From: an uncultured Dehalococcoidia bacterium
GTDB lineage: Bacteria; Chloroflexota; Dehalococcoidia; Lucifugimonadales; UBA1127
Assembly (NCBI GenBank): GCA_913049785.1
Contig: CAJWXP010000001.1
Span: forward strand, 7,447 to 71,446
Length of the DNA: 64,000 nt
Reading direction: 5' to 3'
The position numbers and the translations under genes are program-made. The notes beneath the pieces were generated by a model that worked only from the letters and a program-made list of their open reading frames with translations, was not told the origin of the DNA and did no database searches. Shown here one piece after another: positions 48,275 to 58,928 of this stretch. Within the stretch, counting starts at the first letter, position 1; every line of letters starts with the position of its first letter.

Positions 48275-49129
48275 ATGCACCACGTTCGTTTTCCTCGAGT
48301 ATTTCTTGGATTAGCCCTGGTAGCCGTTTTGGCGCTGGCTACTGCGTGCAGTAGCGACGACCCCTCAACACTATCGACCTCGACCAACCTTCCCGTTGGT
48401 GCACCTGCGGGCGTTGTGAGTGGCATTGATGGATTAGCCAGAGCATCTACAGGGCTTACGAGCGTAAGCTCGCAGCAAGCCGGGATATGGGTCAATGGAG
48501 TTGGAACGGTGGTCACAGAACCGAACATCACCAACTTGAGCCTTGGCGTAGAAGCCAGCGCATCCACGGTCACCCTAGCTCGCAACGAAGCTGCGACGGC
48601 CATGACGGCTATCGTCGCGTTTCTCACCTCCAACGGCGTAGCGGAGCGGGATATCCGTACTCAGTCATTCAACATATCCCCGCAGTACACCTTCAGGGAG
48701 AGGTTGGAAGATGGTTTCCGCACCAATGAACGCGTATTGACCGGATACCAGGTGACCAACACCGTATCTGTGAAAGTGCGTGAGCTTGACCAGACAGGGG
48801 CCATTTTGGACGGCGTGGTCAAGGCTGGAGGAGACCTGATCAGGATCAATGGGATCAGCTTCACCGTCGACGACCCATCACCGCTAAAGGTCCAAGCTAG
48901 GGAACTGGCGGTTCAAGAGGCGATGAAGAAGGCGCAGGAGCTGGCCACCCTTGCTGGTGTGGGCCTGGGTCAGCTGATATTCATCTCTGAGACCAGCAGC
49001 ACCCCTATCTTTAATCAGGTAGAGGCGCGAGGCGACTTTGCGCTGGCTGCCTCGTTTGCGGCCACTCCCATCAGCGCAGGAGAGACGCAGATCCAGGTCA
49101 GTGTCCAGGCGGTCTTCGCCATTCAGTAG
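48275..49129 (+). CDS. SIMPL (DUF541) domain lipoprotein
   Basis: Lipobox ATAC; IWVNGVG, DIRTQSFNISPQY, GYQVTN, PISAGE. Confidence 0.88.
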   Translation: MHHVRFPRVFLGLALVAVLALATACSSDDPSTLSTSTNLPVGAPAGVVSGIDGLARASTGLTSVSSQQAGIWVNGVGTVVTEPNITNLSLGVEASASTVTLARNEAATAMTAIVAFLTSNGVAERDIRTQSFNISPQYTFRERLEDGFRTNERVLTGYQVTNTVSVKVRELDQTGAILDGVVKAGGDLIRINGISFTVDDPSPLKVQARELAVQEAMKKAQELATLAGVGLGQLIFISETSSTPIFNQVEARGDFALAASFAATPISAGETQIQVSVQAVFAIQ

Positions 49130-49179
49130 ACAAAGCGACGTGGATAACGATTCCTTCTCCTTGTTCAAAGTGTGGAAGA

Positions 49180-51108
49180 TCAGGGAGTTCTGTCTTCGGG
49201 CGTAGAATCGCCTTCTGCGCTGACAGGTTCCTCGTCTGCTTCCTCAGAGATCCCAGGGAACATGAACACCTTGGTCTCCTTACAGGCTTTCGTTGTACCA
49301 CTACCCTTTTTGCCCTTGCCGCCTTCCACCTCATACCCTTCCAGCGTCTCCACCTCTTGGGCCAAGAACTGGTGGTAGTAGGTGGTGTACTCTCCCTTGT
49401 TCCGGAACCGCTTGTGCCGCCTATTATGGAGCCTACCCACAGTGACGCCCTGCACTCGAGCTACCGCCCGTACCAGAGCCCTCTCAAGCGTGTATGCGGA
49501 GGCCTCAGGGTCCGTGTGAGCGCCACCTTCAGGTTCAGGCACTACGGTGTCTATGATCTTCATCTCAAGGCCATCCATGGCGGTCAGTCGGAGGGAGTAG
49601 GCAGCATCTTCCGCCCGGCTATCGTCTCGATACAGCACAGACGCCGCAGCTTCCGGCGATACCGGCGCGTAGATCGCGCCTTCCAGCATCAGAATCCGGT
49701 CAGCAATGCTCAGCGCCAGGCCGCTTTCCCTGCCACCCTCGCTCAAGATGACCGCGACTGTCGGGACAGGGAGGTTGGCCATTGTTGCTATCGTCGTAGC
49801 TATGGCATGCCCCAGTCCCCCTTCTTCAGCCTCCAGCGTTTGGGCCGGGCCTGCAGAATCGATCAGGGTTATAAGGGGGATTCCGAACTTGACTGCCATG
49901 TGCATGGCGCGCTGGGCCTTACGGAACCCATCAGGCCCTATATACGGGCCCTGCGGCTCTCCTGCGGCTCTTGGGGTGCGCTGCTGCGCTATGACCATGA
50001 CGCTGGCGCCGTACAGGTCACCTATACCGCATACGATGTTGGGGTCGTCAGACGTCAGGCGATCTCCGTGTATCTCCACGAACCCACCGAACACCCTTGA
50101 TATGTAGTCGCGGGCGGTTGGCCGTTCCGGATGCCGCGAGCGCTGCACCGCCTCCCACGCGTCTATTGGGCCCTTGGGCTTCTGTTCACGGCCTCTGGGG
50201 CGAAGGAGCCGCACTTTGGTCCTCGCCGGCACCAGACGTCGCATGAGCGACGAAAGGGTGTCTCTCAGCTCTTCTCGATCGACTACGGCATCCAACATGC
50301 CATGCTTCAGGTGGGACTCGGCGGTGTGTGACTCTATCGGCAACGGCTGGTCCGCCATCTCCTGGAGGACGCGTAGGGGGGCAAAGCCCATCAGTGCGCC
50401 CGGCTCTGCCAGCAGCACGTCCGCCATGTTGGCAAAGCTGGCGTATGACTGGCCGGTAGTGGGGTTGGCGAAGACGGCGATATACGGCAGACCCTTCCTG
50501 TGGAGGGCGTTTACTGCTGTGGCAGTTTTGGCCATCTGCATCAGTGAGAGAGCCCCTTCTTGCAATCGAGCGCCACCGCTGGTGACGATGGCTATCAGTG
50601 GCAATCGTTTCTTGCTGGCCAGCTCACAGGCTAAGGCTACTTTTTCGCCTACGACGAGGCCCATGCTGCCGCCCAGGAAGCTGAAGTCCAGCGCTACGAC
50701 TACCGTGGATATGCCATCGATCTTGCACTGGCCTACCACGGCGGCTTCTGTAAGCCCGGTTGTCTTCTGTGCATCGAAGATACGGCTTCTGTATGCGACC
50801 TTGCTGCTGAATGCTAGGGGATCCAGAGAGGTGACGGTGCGGAACTTCTCCTTGAAACTCTTTGGGTCAGCAAGTAGCTGTATTCGCTCCCGAGCAGTGA
50901 TGCTGTAGTGGAAGCGACAATTGGGGCATACGCGGGCCTGCTGGTACAGCTCTGACTCCAACAATGGAGCATCACATACCAGACAGTGCTCCTGGGCAAG
51001 CAAACTCTGACCGCCGAGGTTCCCTCTGCGACCGAAAAGCACGCTGAGAACGTCTGTTAATCCCCTTGCCACTGTGTCCCCTTTGCGTTGCGTCTCACCT
51101 GATGCCAA
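49180..51108 (-). CDS. accDA: Fused acetyl-CoA carboxylase carboxyltransferase beta/alpha, divergent
   Basis: Zn finger CLVC...CPNC; FLGGSMG; SGGARLQEG; SRHPERP, EIHGDR, GFRKAQR, EPEGGAH. Confidence 0.85.
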   Translation of the reverse strand: MASGETQRKGDTVARGLTDVLSVLFGRRGNLGGQSLLAQEHCLVCDAPLLESELYQQARVCPNCRFHYSITARERIQLLADPKSFKEKFRTVTSLDPLAFSSKVAYRSRIFDAQKTTGLTEAAVVGQCKIDGISTVVVALDFSFLGGSMGLVVGEKVALACELASKKRLPLIAIVTSGGARLQEGALSLMQMAKTATAVNALHRKGLPYIAVFANPTTGQSYASFANMADVLLAEPGALMGFAPLRVLQEMADQPLPIESHTAESHLKHGMLDAVVDREELRDTLSSLMRRLVPARTKVRLLRPRGREQKPKGPIDAWEAVQRSRHPERPTARDYISRVFGGFVEIHGDRLTSDDPNIVCGIGDLYGASVMVIAQQRTPRAAGEPQGPYIGPDGFRKAQRAMHMAVKFGIPLITLIDSAGPAQTLEAEEGGLGHAIATTIATMANLPVPTVAVILSEGGRESGLALSIADRILMLEGAIYAPVSPEAAASVLYRDDSRAEDAAYSLRLTAMDGLEMKIIDTVVPEPEGGAHTDPEASAYTLERALVRAVARVQGVTVGRLHNRRHKRFRNKGEYTTYYHQFLAQEVETLEGYEVEGGKGKKGSGTTKACKETKVFMFPGISEEADEEPVSAEGDSTPEDRTP

Positions 51109-51150
51109 CGCTAGCCACTTGTTTCTATGACGACTGTCAAACCTATCGGG

Positions 51151-53814
51151 TTAGCCGGGTGTTATGACTTCCCGTGACTTGCCGGGGTCTCCTGGCCCCA
51201 CGATCCCCTTGTCCTCAAGGTGATCCAGCAGGCTCGACGCCTTTGCGTACCCGATGCCGAGTTTGCGCTGCAACAACGATGCTGATATGCGGTTGTGCTT
51301 GATAGCCAGACTCTGGGCATCCTGTAGCAGTACGTCTTCTTCGTCCTCGGAGTCAGCCGGAGCCAGATCGACTTGTACCGTAGGCAGGATCTTGCCTTTT
51401 TGCTTCTGCCAGAAGGACACGATGCTGTCCACTTCTTCGTCGGAGATGTACGTGCCCTGAACGCGTTTGGGCTTAGGCGCGTTGGTGGGCATGAAGAGCA
51501 TATCACCACGACCCAGCAGCTTCTCAGCACCTGCGCCGTCCAACACGGTCCGGGAGTCCACTTGCGACGATACAGCGAAGCTTGCTCTGCTTGGGAAGTT
51601 CGCTTTGATGAGTCCTGTCAGCACATCGACAGAAGGTCGCTGCGTGGCTACTACCAGGTGGATACCTGTTGCGCGGCCAAGCTGCGCCAAACGACAGAGG
51701 GCCCATTCCACGTCTGCTGGAGAGGTCATCATCAGGTCCGCAAGCTCGTCGATGACCAGCATCAGATACGGGATGCGGTCCTCTTGTTTGGACATTTTGG
51801 CGTTATAGACCTGGATGTTCCGTGCACCCTGGGCTTCGAAGCGCTTGTATCGAGACTGCATCTCGGCGATGAGCGCATGGAGGGCGGGCACTGCCTGGTC
51901 CGCTTCTACCAGGACTGGCCCAGCAAGGTGAGGCAACCCGTTGTACGCGGTCAGCTCAACGCGCTTTGGGTCAACCAGGTACATCTGAAGCTCAAGGGGC
52001 GTCAATTGCATCATCAATGAGCAGATGATGGTGTTTATACAGACACTCTTGCCGCTGCCGGTTGCGCCCGCAATCAGGAGGTGTGGCATATCCGCAAGGT
52101 CTGTGATGACCGGCTCTCCGCCACTGCCTAAGCCAAGGGCAACCGGTAGTTTGGCCTTGGCCTGAAGCGTCTGGAATGCGCTGCTCTCGAGGATGGTTCG
52201 AAGGGCGACTACTTCTCTGCGGGCGTTGGGCACTTCAAGCCCAACAAAGGACTCTCCCGGCACCGGGGCCTCAAACCGCAAACTAGGGGCAGCCAGCGCC
52301 AGCGCCAGGTCCTTTTCCCTTGCGAGGATGTGGTCCACCTTGACCCGGGTCTTCTCTTCTATGCGACTGCTAATCAGCTTACCGTCTTCGCCTCGGGCTT
52401 GAGAGCCGTCAGGGTTGCGCTCCTTGACCTCCCGATAACGTCGCACCCAACCTGGGACAAGGCCGTATTGGGTGACCACGGGGCCGGGCCTGATCTCCTT
52501 GACGGTGACCTCGATGCTGTATTCGCTGAGGGTCTGTTCAATGAGCCTGGCGACGGCCTGATGCTCTTCTTCCGAGACGTCGCGATGTTCTCCGACCTTT
52601 AGCAGGTCCAGAGGAGGCACTGCCCAACTGGATTTGGAGGAGGTGATCGTCCCGCCACTACGGGCTTCCTTGCTGCTGAGGTCTATCATCACAGGCAGCG
52701 GTGCGTTAGCGGCGAGTTCATCTTCCAGGTCATCGTTTTCTTCGATTTCGATCGCGGTGGGCTTGTCTTCCGGTTCCGCTTCACCCTTAACCGTTAATAC
52801 AGCCTCGATGTCTTCGGGCGATACTTCTTCAACTTCCGGATACGATTCCTCTTCGTCGACCTCGTCTTCGTCCTCAAGTGCAGGTATGTCTTCATACTCG
52901 TCAGCTTCATCATCCTCTTCATCCTGCAGCCACGGTGGGAGGGTTTGGGCACCCATAGGCGGCGCAGCCACATCAACAGCGACGTCCGGCTCAGCAATTG
53001 CGACATTTCCAGCCTCAAGGGGCTCGTAGGCGAAGGCGATTGCTGGTTCTGGGTATGTATCGACTTCTGACTTGCTTCGACTGAACCGTTGTCGAACCGA
53101 CCGGATGGCCAGGGCTGTTCCTGTAGTGACCCACGCCAGGAGGATCAGGTGGGCGGGATAGCGGCGATAGAGCGCTAACGTCCTTTGTGCTAGTCGCCAT
53201 GTCTTCTGCCCCATCGACACGAACCTTACCCTGATGAGCTTAACGCCGGCACCGAGGCGCTGAGAGCCCCCTGTGGAGCGCATACCTGTCCAGACGCCGA
53301 GTTGCTGTGCAACGTCAGATGCCTGACCAAGCAGTCGCAACGTCGTTTGAGGTGCGCTCACCGCCAGCGACAGGGCGAAGATGGCGGCTATGCGAAGAAT
53401 TCCCCCTGCGGCCGTAGGCCCAATGACGTTCTCGCCGAAGGTCCCGCCGAAATGGGGCTGGGATAGCTGCAATGAGCCTGCAACCACCGGCAACAGGATG
53501 AGTCCTGCAAGGAACACGTTGCCTTTGTGGGCGATAAGGGATGGACGGCTCCAGAGGGCAAGCCCTGAGATCACTACCCAGGCGCAAATCGCTATCACGG
53601 AGTATTGCAGTGATGACCAAAGCGATTCTCTGGCGGATTGGATCGGAGCCCACCATGTCGCCACAGCTACAATCCCCGCTACAGATACGAGGGTCGCCAG
53701 GGCGAGGATGAACTGCAGTTTCCGGCCGGATTTCGCTTCGCGCCTCCCAATGAAGGGTATAGGGATACCAAAGAGGGTAAAGTGCCAGCTTTGGTTGTCT
53801 TGTGCGTCTAACAT
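51151..53814 (-). CDS. ftsK: DNA translocase FtsK
   Basis: N-terminal TMs, acidic linker, MPHLLIAGATGSGKS, IDELADLM, ATQRPSVD, gamma domain SLLQRKLGIGY. Confidence 0.95.
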   Translation of the reverse strand: MLDAQDNQSWHFTLFGIPIPFIGRREAKSGRKLQFILALATLVSVAGIVAVATWWAPIQSARESLWSSLQYSVIAICAWVVISGLALWSRPSLIAHKGNVFLAGLILLPVVAGSLQLSQPHFGGTFGENVIGPTAAGGILRIAAIFALSLAVSAPQTTLRLLGQASDVAQQLGVWTGMRSTGGSQRLGAGVKLIRVRFVSMGQKTWRLAQRTLALYRRYPAHLILLAWVTTGTALAIRSVRQRFSRSKSEVDTYPEPAIAFAYEPLEAGNVAIAEPDVAVDVAAPPMGAQTLPPWLQDEEDDEADEYEDIPALEDEDEVDEEESYPEVEEVSPEDIEAVLTVKGEAEPEDKPTAIEIEENDDLEDELAANAPLPVMIDLSSKEARSGGTITSSKSSWAVPPLDLLKVGEHRDVSEEEHQAVARLIEQTLSEYSIEVTVKEIRPGPVVTQYGLVPGWVRRYREVKERNPDGSQARGEDGKLISSRIEEKTRVKVDHILAREKDLALALAAPSLRFEAPVPGESFVGLEVPNARREVVALRTILESSAFQTLQAKAKLPVALGLGSGGEPVITDLADMPHLLIAGATGSGKSVCINTIICSLMMQLTPLELQMYLVDPKRVELTAYNGLPHLAGPVLVEADQAVPALHALIAEMQSRYKRFEAQGARNIQVYNAKMSKQEDRIPYLMLVIDELADLMMTSPADVEWALCRLAQLGRATGIHLVVATQRPSVDVLTGLIKANFPSRASFAVSSQVDSRTVLDGAGAEKLLGRGDMLFMPTNAPKPKRVQGTYISDEEVDSIVSFWQKQKGKILPTVQVDLAPADSEDEEDVLLQDAQSLAIKHNRISASLLQRKLGIGYAKASSLLDHLEDKGIVGPGDPGKSREVITPG

Positions 53815-53913
53815 GACTGTGCCCTCAAGAGGATAGCCATTGGAGTAGAAGGTGGTGGCACCGTGGCTACATTTACTAAACGCGTGAGGCGCGCATGAGG
53901 TTCCCTGATTTGG

Positions 53914-55704
53914 CTACACCGGGGAAATTACGACCAATACTACGGGGCGTCGACCTGTCTTATCCCGCAGGAACTTGCCAAGCACATCGGACGTTCGCTG
54001 CTTGAGCGCATTTTCCGGTTGGTCCTGATCCCATTGCTGCTGGCCCAGCACTTCCTTCAACCGCTGACACGCCAGATCCATGATCTCTTCGTGGTCCTCA
54101 GGTGCTTCAAACCCATGGGTGGTCACAGTCGGTGTTCCCTTGAGATCCCCGGTAATCGTGTCAAGCGCAAGGGCGACGACGATCACGCCGTCTCGGCCCA
54201 GCGATTGGCGGTCTTTGAACACGCTGTTGGACGGGTCCCAGAGTCTACGACCTAGAACGAATATGTGCCCGGCAGGGATCCGATCAACGACTGCTGCTTC
54301 TTGGTCGTTCAGCTCAAGGATATCGCCGTCTTCCATGACGAAAATGTGATCTTCCGGCATTCCCATTTTAAACGCGATGCCGGCGTGGGCGACCAGGTGC
54401 CGATACTCGCCGTGGATAGGGACGAAGAAGCGGGGCTTGATCATACGGAGCATGAGCTTGAGCTCTTCCTGGCTGGCATGGCCGTGAACGTGCACTGTGG
54501 CGTTCTTGGCATGGAGCACGCGGGTCCCCTGCCGGAGGAGGTTGTCTATCGTCTTGTTGATGAGACCCTCGTTGCCAGGGATTGGCGAAGCTGAGAACAC
54601 GATGGTGTCGCCTTCCGCCAGTGTGATATCGCGATGGTCATGGTTGGCTACTCGGGAGAGCGCGGATGTAGGCTCGCCCTGGGCACCGGTCATGATGATG
54701 ACCGTCTTCTCCATAGGGAGGCCAGCCAGGCTCTCCCAGGGGACGATCACGCCGTCGGGGACGTCCATGTAGCCCATCTGTTGGGCCATAGCCAAGTTAT
54801 TGACCATGCTCCTGCCCACCACGGCCACCTTGCGTCCAGCTCTGTCAGCGGCGTTGGCTATCTGTTGGATACGGGCGATGAGTGATGCGAACGTGGCCAC
54901 CATCACCCGTCCCGGGGCCTCGGCAATGATGCGCTCTAGGTTTTCGTCGAGGACCGCTTCGGAGGGTGTGTACCCCTCCATCTCCGCATAGGTGGAATCG
55001 GCAAGGAGGAGCGTGACGCCTTCGATGCCAAGCTCCGCCAATCGAGCGAAGTCCGTGGGCTTCTTGTCGACGGGGGTGTGATCGAACTTGAAATCGCCGG
55101 TGTGCACCACCAGCCCGATGGGTGTGTGGATTGCGATGCCCATAGCGTCCGGGATGCTGTGGCAGACACGGAAGAACTCAGCCTGGAATACACCGAAGTT
55201 GAAGACCTCTCCAGGCTCTATCTGATGAAGCTCCGATGCAGTGAGGAGCCGGTGCTCCTTGAGCTTGACCTGGATGAGGCCGTGGGCAAGCCTCGGGGCA
55301 TAGACGGGCACGTTCAATCTGGGAAGTACGAAGGGGATTGCTCCTGTGTGGTCCTCATGGCCGTGGGTTATGAGAATGGCGCGAACCTTTTCTCGGTTCT
55401 CCATGAGGTAGTCAGTGTTGGCGATGACTAGGTCTACCCCGGGCATGTCCTCTTCAGGAAACATGACGCCAGCGTCCACGATGATGATGTCATCACCGAA
55501 CTCCAGGGCCATCATGTTCTTGCCGATTTCGCCAAGTCCACCCAAGGGGACAATACGGAGCTTTCCAGGTGTAACGGTGGTGAATTGGCCTGCGCGCCCC
55601 GTGCGAACGAGAGGCTCAGGAACGGGGTTGTCCTGGGTGTCGTTATCTGTAGCTTGGTCTGGAGAGTCGTCTGACCGTTTTAACCAGCGTCCTACTTGTT
55701 GCAT
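53914..55704 (-). CDS. rnj: Ribonuclease J
   Basis: LGGLGEIGKN, THGHEDH, HSIPD, HTGDFK, HVHGH, PIHGE; exact start uncertain. Confidence 0.95.
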   Translation of the reverse strand: MQQVGRWLKRSDDSPDQATDNDTQDNPVPEPLVRTGRAGQFTTVTPGKLRIVPLGGLGEIGKNMMALEFGDDIIIVDAGVMFPEEDMPGVDLVIANTDYLMENREKVRAILITHGHEDHTGAIPFVLPRLNVPVYAPRLAHGLIQVKLKEHRLLTASELHQIEPGEVFNFGVFQAEFFRVCHSIPDAMGIAIHTPIGLVVHTGDFKFDHTPVDKKPTDFARLAELGIEGVTLLLADSTYAEMEGYTPSEAVLDENLERIIAEAPGRVMVATFASLIARIQQIANAADRAGRKVAVVGRSMVNNLAMAQQMGYMDVPDGVIVPWESLAGLPMEKTVIIMTGAQGEPTSALSRVANHDHRDITLAEGDTIVFSASPIPGNEGLINKTIDNLLRQGTRVLHAKNATVHVHGHASQEELKLMLRMIKPRFFVPIHGEYRHLVAHAGIAFKMGMPEDHIFVMEDGDILELNDQEAAVVDRIPAGHIFVLGRRLWDPSNSVFKDRQSLGRDGVIVVALALDTITGDLKGTPTVTTHGFEAPEDHEEIMDLACQRLKEVLGQQQWDQDQPENALKQRTSDVLGKFLRDKTGRRPVVLVVISPV

Positions 55705-55791
55705 CTAAGAAGTTCGAGCCTCGATAGTCTCTAGATTGCCGTAATCGCATGTCTAACCTGTGTCTATCTTACACTCGATGTGGTTGGCTGA

Positions 55792-56409
55792 CTACAGCAT
55801 GGTGAGTTGCTCAGGCTGTGGGGGCTCCTCAGCAACGTTTTCTTCTGCTAAGGACTCAGTCTGAATAAGCTGGAGCAACACTGGCAGTTTCCGCATATCC
55901 TCTTCCAAAACATGGCGTAGATTGCCCTGGTGAAGCGCCGCTGCTGGGTGGTACATGGGGAATATGTAGCGATGCCCCCAGAGTCGAGGTTGGCCGTGGA
56001 CCTTGGAGATGGTCTCCTGGGGTAGGAACCGTATAAGGGAGAACCGCCCCAGAGTCACAATGACTTTAGGGTCTATCAATCGAATCTGCTGATCAAGGTA
56101 CTTGCGACAGGCTTTGATCTCCTCCGGGAGCGGGTCACGGTTGTTGGGAGGCCTACACTTCACCACGTTGGCGATGTACACGTCTGGCCTGGACAGGCCG
56201 ATCAGGCCAAGGAGGTCGTCCAACAATTTGCCGGAAGGGCCCACAAACGGGCGCCCTTGCTGGTCCTCATGGAACCCTGGGCCTTCTCCAATGAACAGGA
56301 TGTCTGATGTTTCCGAACCTTCGCCTGGAACGCTGAAGGTGCGAGTCTCACAGAGCCTGCAGTCAGTGCAGACTGCTACCGCTTGTTCTAATGCTTTGAT
56401 GGTGTCCAT
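55792..56409 (-). CDS. udg: Uracil-DNA glycosylase family 4
   Basis: CxxCxL, GEGPG, GRPFVG, NVVKCRPPNNRDP, YHPAA. Confidence 0.93.
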   Translation of the reverse strand: MDTIKALEQAVAVCTDCRLCETRTFSVPGEGSETSDILFIGEGPGFHEDQQGRPFVGPSGKLLDDLLGLIGLSRPDVYIANVVKCRPPNNRDPLPEEIKACRKYLDQQIRLIDPKVIVTLGRFSLIRFLPQETISKVHGQPRLWGHRYIFPMYHPAAALHQGNLRHVLEEDMRKLPVLLQLIQTESLAEENVAEEPPQPEQLTML

Positions 56410-56623
56410 TGACCCTCCGTGCCACCCTGTTTGCAGCGGAATCTTAGCATGGTGTCAGAAGGCGCAGTCAATGGGGATTCAGGACTGCTCTTGCCGTAAA
56501 TCCAGGGAGATAAAACGAAAATTCAGAGTTGCGAAATCCGTAATAAACCCATAGACTATCTTGCTTGGCCAATAAAATGTATACATAAATACGATGTTAC
56601 CTGACCAGAGAGGAGTCGGAACG

Positions 56624-57598
56624 TTGATCACAACAGTAGTAGGAAATTATCCGAAGATCGGGACGGGCACCAAAACCCCTAACCTTCGGACAGCAATCAG
56701 CCGCGGCGACCGTGGAGAGATGACGCCGGAGCAAATCCAGGGCGTAAGGGCCGAAGTCACCGCGGAGGTCATCAGTGACCAGATACAGGCAGGCATAGAC
56801 CTGGTAACGGACGGCCTGATCCGATGGGACGATGGCCAGACCTATCTGGCACGAGCGATCAGCGGATTTTCCTTCACAGGATTGATCCGATACTTCGATA
56901 CGAACACCTACTTCCGACAGCCAGTGGTGGACGGCTTGCTCAAGTGGTCTGCACCCATCACGGTTGCTGACTACGAGTTCGCAGCCGCTAACAGCTCCAA
57001 GCCAGTCAAAGCGGTACTAACAGGCCCGTACACGTTGGCTCGACTCTCCAAGGATCAGAAGTACCACGATCAAAAGAAGTTGGTGCTTGACCTGGCGGAG
57101 GTGCTGAACCAGGAAGCAAAAGCACTTCAGAAAGCCGGGGCTACGGTGATCCAGTTCGATGAGCCAGCCATCCTCAAGCACAAAGATGAATTCCCACTGT
57201 TCCAAGAGGCAATGGACCGCTTGACCAAGGGCCTCAAACCCACGTTGGCCCTGTACACCTACTTCGATGACATTTCTGGCGTGTATCCGGCGTTTTTGAA
57301 GCTGCCGTTCCAGATATTCGGCCTCGACTATGTTATGGGGAAGGCCAACTGGGATGTGGTAACAGAAGTACCGTCCGATGTGTCCTTGGGGCTCGGTGTG
57401 GTCAATGCCAGGAACACAAAGATGGAGACTGAAGCGGAGATCGGGGATGCTATCAAACGCATCGCGCCAATAGTGCCCTCGGACAGACTCTACATAAATC
57501 CAAATTGCGGCCTGGAATTCCTGCCCCGAGAAACCGCTTACCAGAAGCTGGTGCGCATGGTTGAGGGCGCGAAGAAGGTAGCGGAGGTAACAGCATGA
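56624..57598 (+). CDS. MetE-like protein, N-terminal half of split methionine synthase (lacks the HxC Zn ligands)
   Basis: VVGNYPK, TDGLIRWDD, RYFDTNTYFRQP, GPYTLA, QFDEP, LYTYF in place of HxC; TTG start inferred. Confidence 0.75.
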   Translation: MITTVVGNYPKIGTGTKTPNLRTAISRGDRGEMTPEQIQGVRAEVTAEVISDQIQAGIDLVTDGLIRWDDGQTYLARAISGFSFTGLIRYFDTNTYFRQPVVDGLLKWSAPITVADYEFAAANSSKPVKAVLTGPYTLARLSKDQKYHDQKKLVLDLAEVLNQEAKALQKAGATVIQFDEPAILKHKDEFPLFQEAMDRLTKGLKPTLALYTYFDDISGVYPAFLKLPFQIFGLDYVMGKANWDVVTEVPSDVSLGLGVVNARNTKMETEAEIGDAIKRIAPIVPSDRLYINPNCGLEFLPRETAYQKLVRMVEGAKKVAEVTA

Positions 57599-58566
57599 GC
57601 GGTTTACTTACAACATCGGTAGGGAGCTTTCCCAAGCCCCCTGAGCTCCAAGCGGCAAGGAACAAGATGCTCCGCGGTGAGCTTGGTCGGGATGAGTTGG
57701 AGCAGATGGAGCGGGAAGCTACCGCATTCTGGATCAAGTCCCAGGAAGAGTTGGGCATAGACATCCTGGTAGATGGCGAAATGGACCGGGGCGATATGGT
57801 GACCTACTTCTCCGAGCTCCTTGATGGATTCACCATCAGCGGCCTCGTGCGATCATACGGGAACCGCTATTATCGGAAGCCCATCGCTGTGGGGCCCATC
57901 GGGCGTAAGAACCCCATGACGTTGAAAACATGGGAATATGCGCAAAGCCTGACAGACAAGCCGGTGAAGGGCCTGCTCACAGGCCCGTACACCATCGCAG
58001 AGTGGTCCTTCAATGAGTACTACTCCACCTTTGAAGAGTTCGTCATGGAAGTGGCAAAGGTCGTCCATGATGAGGCAATGGACCTGGAGCGAGCCGGGGC
58101 CAAGTACATCCAGATCGATGAGCCGGCAGCGTCTACTCGACCCGAGGAGATGGAGCTGGTCGCCAAGTCCATGGCAGTCGTCACCAAAGGGTTGAGCGCC
58201 TATACCCTGACGCACATCTGCTACGGAGACTTCGAGGCCGTGATCGACGACCTCAACAGCATCCCGGTGGACAACCTGGACATGGAGACGGCCAACCAGG
58301 ACTACAGCCTTTTGGAGCTGTTTCGAGGCCACAAGTCTGACAAGCACCTGTCCCTTGGCGTGACCGATGTGCACACCCACGAGATCGAGTCACTTGAGCA
58401 GGTCAAGGCGGGAATCCGCAAGGGGTTGGAGATATTCACCCCGGAGCAGTTGTTCATTGGACCGGACTGCGGCCTGAAGACGAGGACTACAGACGAGTCC
58501 ATCGCTAAGTTGAAAGTCATGGTGCAAGCAGTGAACGAGATCAAAGCAGAGATGGGTATCTCCTAG
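57595..58566 (+). CDS. metE: Methionine synthase, catalytic half (split MetE)
   Basis: VGSFPKP, DGEMDRGDMVTYF, VRSYGNRYYRKP, HICYG, E, GPDCGLKTR; ATGA-coupled to upstream gene. Confidence 0.82.
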   Translation: MSGLLTTSVGSFPKPPELQAARNKMLRGELGRDELEQMEREATAFWIKSQEELGIDILVDGEMDRGDMVTYFSELLDGFTISGLVRSYGNRYYRKPIAVGPIGRKNPMTLKTWEYAQSLTDKPVKGLLTGPYTIAEWSFNEYYSTFEEFVMEVAKVVHDEAMDLERAGAKYIQIDEPAASTRPEEMELVAKSMAVVTKGLSAYTLTHICYGDFEAVIDDLNSIPVDNLDMETANQDYSLLELFRGHKSDKHLSLGVTDVHTHEIESLEQVKAGIRKGLEIFTPEQLFIGPDCGLKTRTTDESIAKLKVMVQAVNEIKAEMGIS

Positions 58567-58600
58567 CCTGCTGTAGCCGGTATCCAACTAGCATTTATCA

Positions 58601-58631
58601 AAGAAGCCAGCCCAACCGGGCTGGCTTCTTT
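58601..58631 (+). terminator. Intrinsic terminator
   Basis: AAGAAGCCAGCCC-AACC-GGGCTGGCTTCTT plus T-run. Confidence 0.85.
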
Positions 58632-58842
58632 GTGTTTGGCCCGCATGACTGTGCGCCGTAAGGTCCATCAGCAGGGGCCATTTGGCCCTATTCCCTCCAG
58701 CACAACGGTTGTACTGTCGATTATGCCATGTTGAGACGATTTAAAATAATTAGTCCATCTGTGATCTGAAACATCGGCGTACTTCAACAAAAATAACATG
58801 TCGAAAATAAAAAACTATGTACGTACTTACTAAATATATATA

Positions 58843-58906
58843 TTGACACTAATTCTCAACAAATTATAGATATATCAATCATTATTTCGTGTGACCGATT
58901 TTCTCA
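58843..58906 (+). promoter_or_regulatory. AT-rich promoter with two Fur-box-like sites
   Basis: TTGACA-N16-TATAGA; TGACACTAATTCTCA (58844-58858) and TGACCGATTTTCTCA (58892-58906) resemble the 7-1-7 TGATAATnATTATCA. Confidence 0.5.
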
Positions 58907-58928
58907 AGATGGAGGGGCTCAATAACAT

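Noticed and set aside
52740-52930. Low-complexity TCx-rich DNA
   Set aside because: Encodes the ordinary acidic linker of FtsK
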